Shown: one piece after another, positions 61,651 to 64,000 of the stretch
Position numbering within the stretch: position 1 is the first letter of the stretch
How the letters are laid out: each line of letters begins with the position of its first letter
NCBI GenBank assembly: GCA_035084275.1
Contig: CM068743.1
Span: forward strand, 18,600,001 to 18,664,000
Reading direction: 5' to 3'
DNA length: 64,000 nt
Origin: Hydrolagus colliei
Lineage: Eukaryota
The notes under the pieces: model-generated
Databases searched by the model: none
The model's input: only the letters and a program-made list of their open reading frames with translations
Told to the model about the DNA's origin: nothing
Made by a program: the position numbers and the translations under genes

Positions 61651-63117
61651 TTAGACGGACAGGAACAATAAACAATAATTGGGAATTAGTTACAAAATTC
61701 TGGACCAGATATACAGCATGTCAAAATTGTTCTACATGATCACAGCTTTCAAGTAATGCTTTGTGGTAGTCCAACTTCTAAATCAAACCACAGGGGATAA
61801 AAAAAACTTACTACTGCTACCCAAAATACTTTTACGTTTGCGACTGGTCTAACTATTGAGATTTTTTTCTTTACCACCAACTCCTTCTTCTTACTGCTTA
61901 CATACATTTCACAAAATATATCAAAAGGCTATTGAAGTTTACTGCCCATTTATTCAGGCCTAAAACTGTCAGGAGCAAACCACTGATTTTGTGGAAGCCT
62001 TTCTTACAATTTAGATTTGTTTACTGGGTGGGGAAGTTAAACGATGTACTAAATGTATAATAACACATTACCACAAATAACTGAAACTATTAACGCGCCA
62101 AAACAGTCACATAAAATGTCCTAAAATAAACAAAAACTGTACAAAGTGTTTGGGCATGTGAAGCAAGATATTCACTTACAACTAAGTGCAGCAACTTAAA
62201 GATATGGAGAATAAAAATCCTATTATTCTACAAACCGCACAAAGTACAAGTACCAACATCTAGTATTAACCTGAATCTCCTTCCCCCAGTTATTCCAAGG
62301 TCAGGAACAGCAAATTTCAGATGGAAGGTAATGTTACATCCACTAAACGCACATAAAATCAGAACCACTAACTTGGAAGAAGGCGGTTTATTTTACAGAG
62401 TCTTACACCAGCCATCTCTGAGTGAAAATGAATGCTTTCAGTTCAAAGTACAATACTCCTTCCTGAATATCAAGGGAGGGGAAGAGGAAAATATTTTTAA
62501 ACAATAGATTTTTCACTTTGATAATGTTTTAACGGGATGAGCTGTGGCTTCCTGGCAACAGCCTTCCTTATTGAAGTTAATGGGGAGAGGCACTTTAAAC
62601 TGGCCTGAAAAGTGACAGAGCCAGCCAGACCCCGCAAAGAGTATTATTGATTGGGTACACATATTGCTGGATTTAACCTATTACCCTGAACATTTCCAGG
62701 GGGGGAACAGATTCAGGCCTTTCTAAAATTTGAAGACAAGACCCGGCATAGACTGATTTGGCCTGGTGGCCTGTTTCTGTGCTTTGCAGTTCCAAGAATG
62801 AAGGAAATGGGACTTGCAATGTGAGGCAAAGGAAGAATTCCCTGTTAAAGCAAATCTCTATATTTTTAGAAACATTCCCCTCCACCCATCAATATTTAGT
62901 GAGAATGTTTAGCAGAGAAATTCCTCAGGCAGTTCTTGCATTTATAACATGATAAGAGAGGGAGGAGGAGTAAAGGATACTTTCAGTTTAAGTTGTATTA
63001 CAACACCCCAGTTCCCTTGAGTTCCCAGCATCTTGGGACGTCCTCCCGACGTGAAAGGCGCTGTACAAATGTAATTTTGTTGTTGTTGTTGATGAATGGT
63101 TGAACTAAGCCAATCCT

Positions 63118-63400
63118 TAATAATAATCCTTGAATTTGATACACTGTCTTATCATGTTGGAAGGACATTTCAAAGTGATTCAATTAATTTACTGTGAAGG
63201 TAAGTGACTGTGTACTTGTAGGCAAACGCACAACTGTGCATAGCAATGCGCCACAAAATGCCAAGTGACCAATTTTATTTGGGGGATTGTTGGTGAGGAC
63301 ACCAGGAGAAATTTCCTTCTTTTTTTAAATAGTGCCATGGGATCTTTCACTTCCAACTGAATAGACAGTCCGGACCTCAGTTTAACTTCTCGTCCAAACA
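63118..63400 (-). mobile_element. Older DeuSINE fragment
   Basis: ggacaccaggagaaa...aaatagtgccatgggatcttt...cctcagtttaac. Confidence 0.65.
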
Positions 63401-63404
63401 AAAG

Positions 63405-63898
63405 GTTGATCCAAAAGGTAGGGGACCATGGGGGAAATATATTAACATGGATTGAACAATGGCTAACGGGAAGGAAACAATAGGGATAAACGGGTCCTTC
63501 TCAGATTGGCGGGATGTGACTAGTGGAATGCCACAAGGATCAGTGCTTGGGCCTCAACTATTTACAATCTACATCAATGATCTAGATGAGGACATCGAAC
63601 TTAAAATATCCAAATTCGCGGATGACACTAAATTAGGAGGGAGAGTAAACAAGGATGACATTAAAAAAATGCAGTGCAATATAGATAGACTAGGTGAGTG
63701 GGCAAGTAGGTGGCAGATGAAATATAATGTAGGGAAGTGTGAAGTAATTCACCTAGGTGATAAAAACAGTAGAGCAGATTATTCTTTAGAAGGGGAGAGA
63801 CTAGATAGTGTTAAGGTTCAGAGGGACTTGGGTGTCCTTGTACATCAGTCACAAAAAGTTAGTCTGCAGGTACAGTAAGCAACTAGGAAGGCTAACAG
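63405..63898 (+). mobile_element. CR1 LINE RT fragment, interrupted at 63899 by a hAT MITE
   Basis: ORF 63459-63878 VTSGMPQGSVLGPQLFTIYINDLD...KFADDTKLGG...WQMKYNVGKC. Confidence 0.93.
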
Positions 63899-64000
63899 TA
63901 GGGTCCGGCGATATATCGATATATCAGTTATATCGATATAATTTTCATATTGATATGCCGATATTGGAATTTAAAATATATTGATATATCGAAAAATTCG
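63899..64000 (+). mobile_element. Left end of a third hAT MITE copy (truncated by the window)
   Basis: tagggtccggcgatatatcg...ttttcatattgatatgccgata matches the ends at 55146 and 58984. Confidence 0.85.

Noticed and set aside
52171-64000. Further ARHGAP21 exons or a nested gene in the large intron
   Set aside because: No exon with matching homology or credible splice and frame structure found. The region is dominated by repeats and AT-rich sequence.

Overview
Eukaryotic (vertebrate) genomic DNA, not prokaryotic. The repeat content (tRNA/Deu-domain SINEs with L2-type tails, CR1 and L2 LINEs, a Penelope-like end) points to a cartilaginous fish, plausibly a holocephalan such as Callorhinchus; this is inference. 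The window holds the convergent 3' ends of two genes whose tail-to-tail arrangement is also known in human. KIAA1217/Sickle tail (+) has 5 coding exons traced between 4091 and 13252 and a 3'UTR to about 14790. ARHGAP21 (-) has 17 coding exons traced between 52170 and 23342, covering the PH/ARF-binding region, the RhoGAP domain and the long C-terminal exon, with a polyA signal at about 22391. All exons were checked by hand for splice sites and phase continuity. Introns and the ~7.6 kb intergenic gap are filled with SINEs, L2/CR1 fragments, hAT and pogo/Tigger-like MITEs (some nested), microsatellites and two N-gaps. Most short ORFs in the track are spurious. I found no convincing novel multi-gene system. 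The best leads are: a ~550-bp inverted duplication (unique leader plus SINE) bracketing the ARHGAP21 terminal exon; a candidate Cys-rich alternative last exon of ARHGAP21; an apparently lost and shifted splice donor; candidate microexons; a PBX/PREP plus CCAAT motif cluster; and a G-rich minisatellite born inside a hAT MITE.
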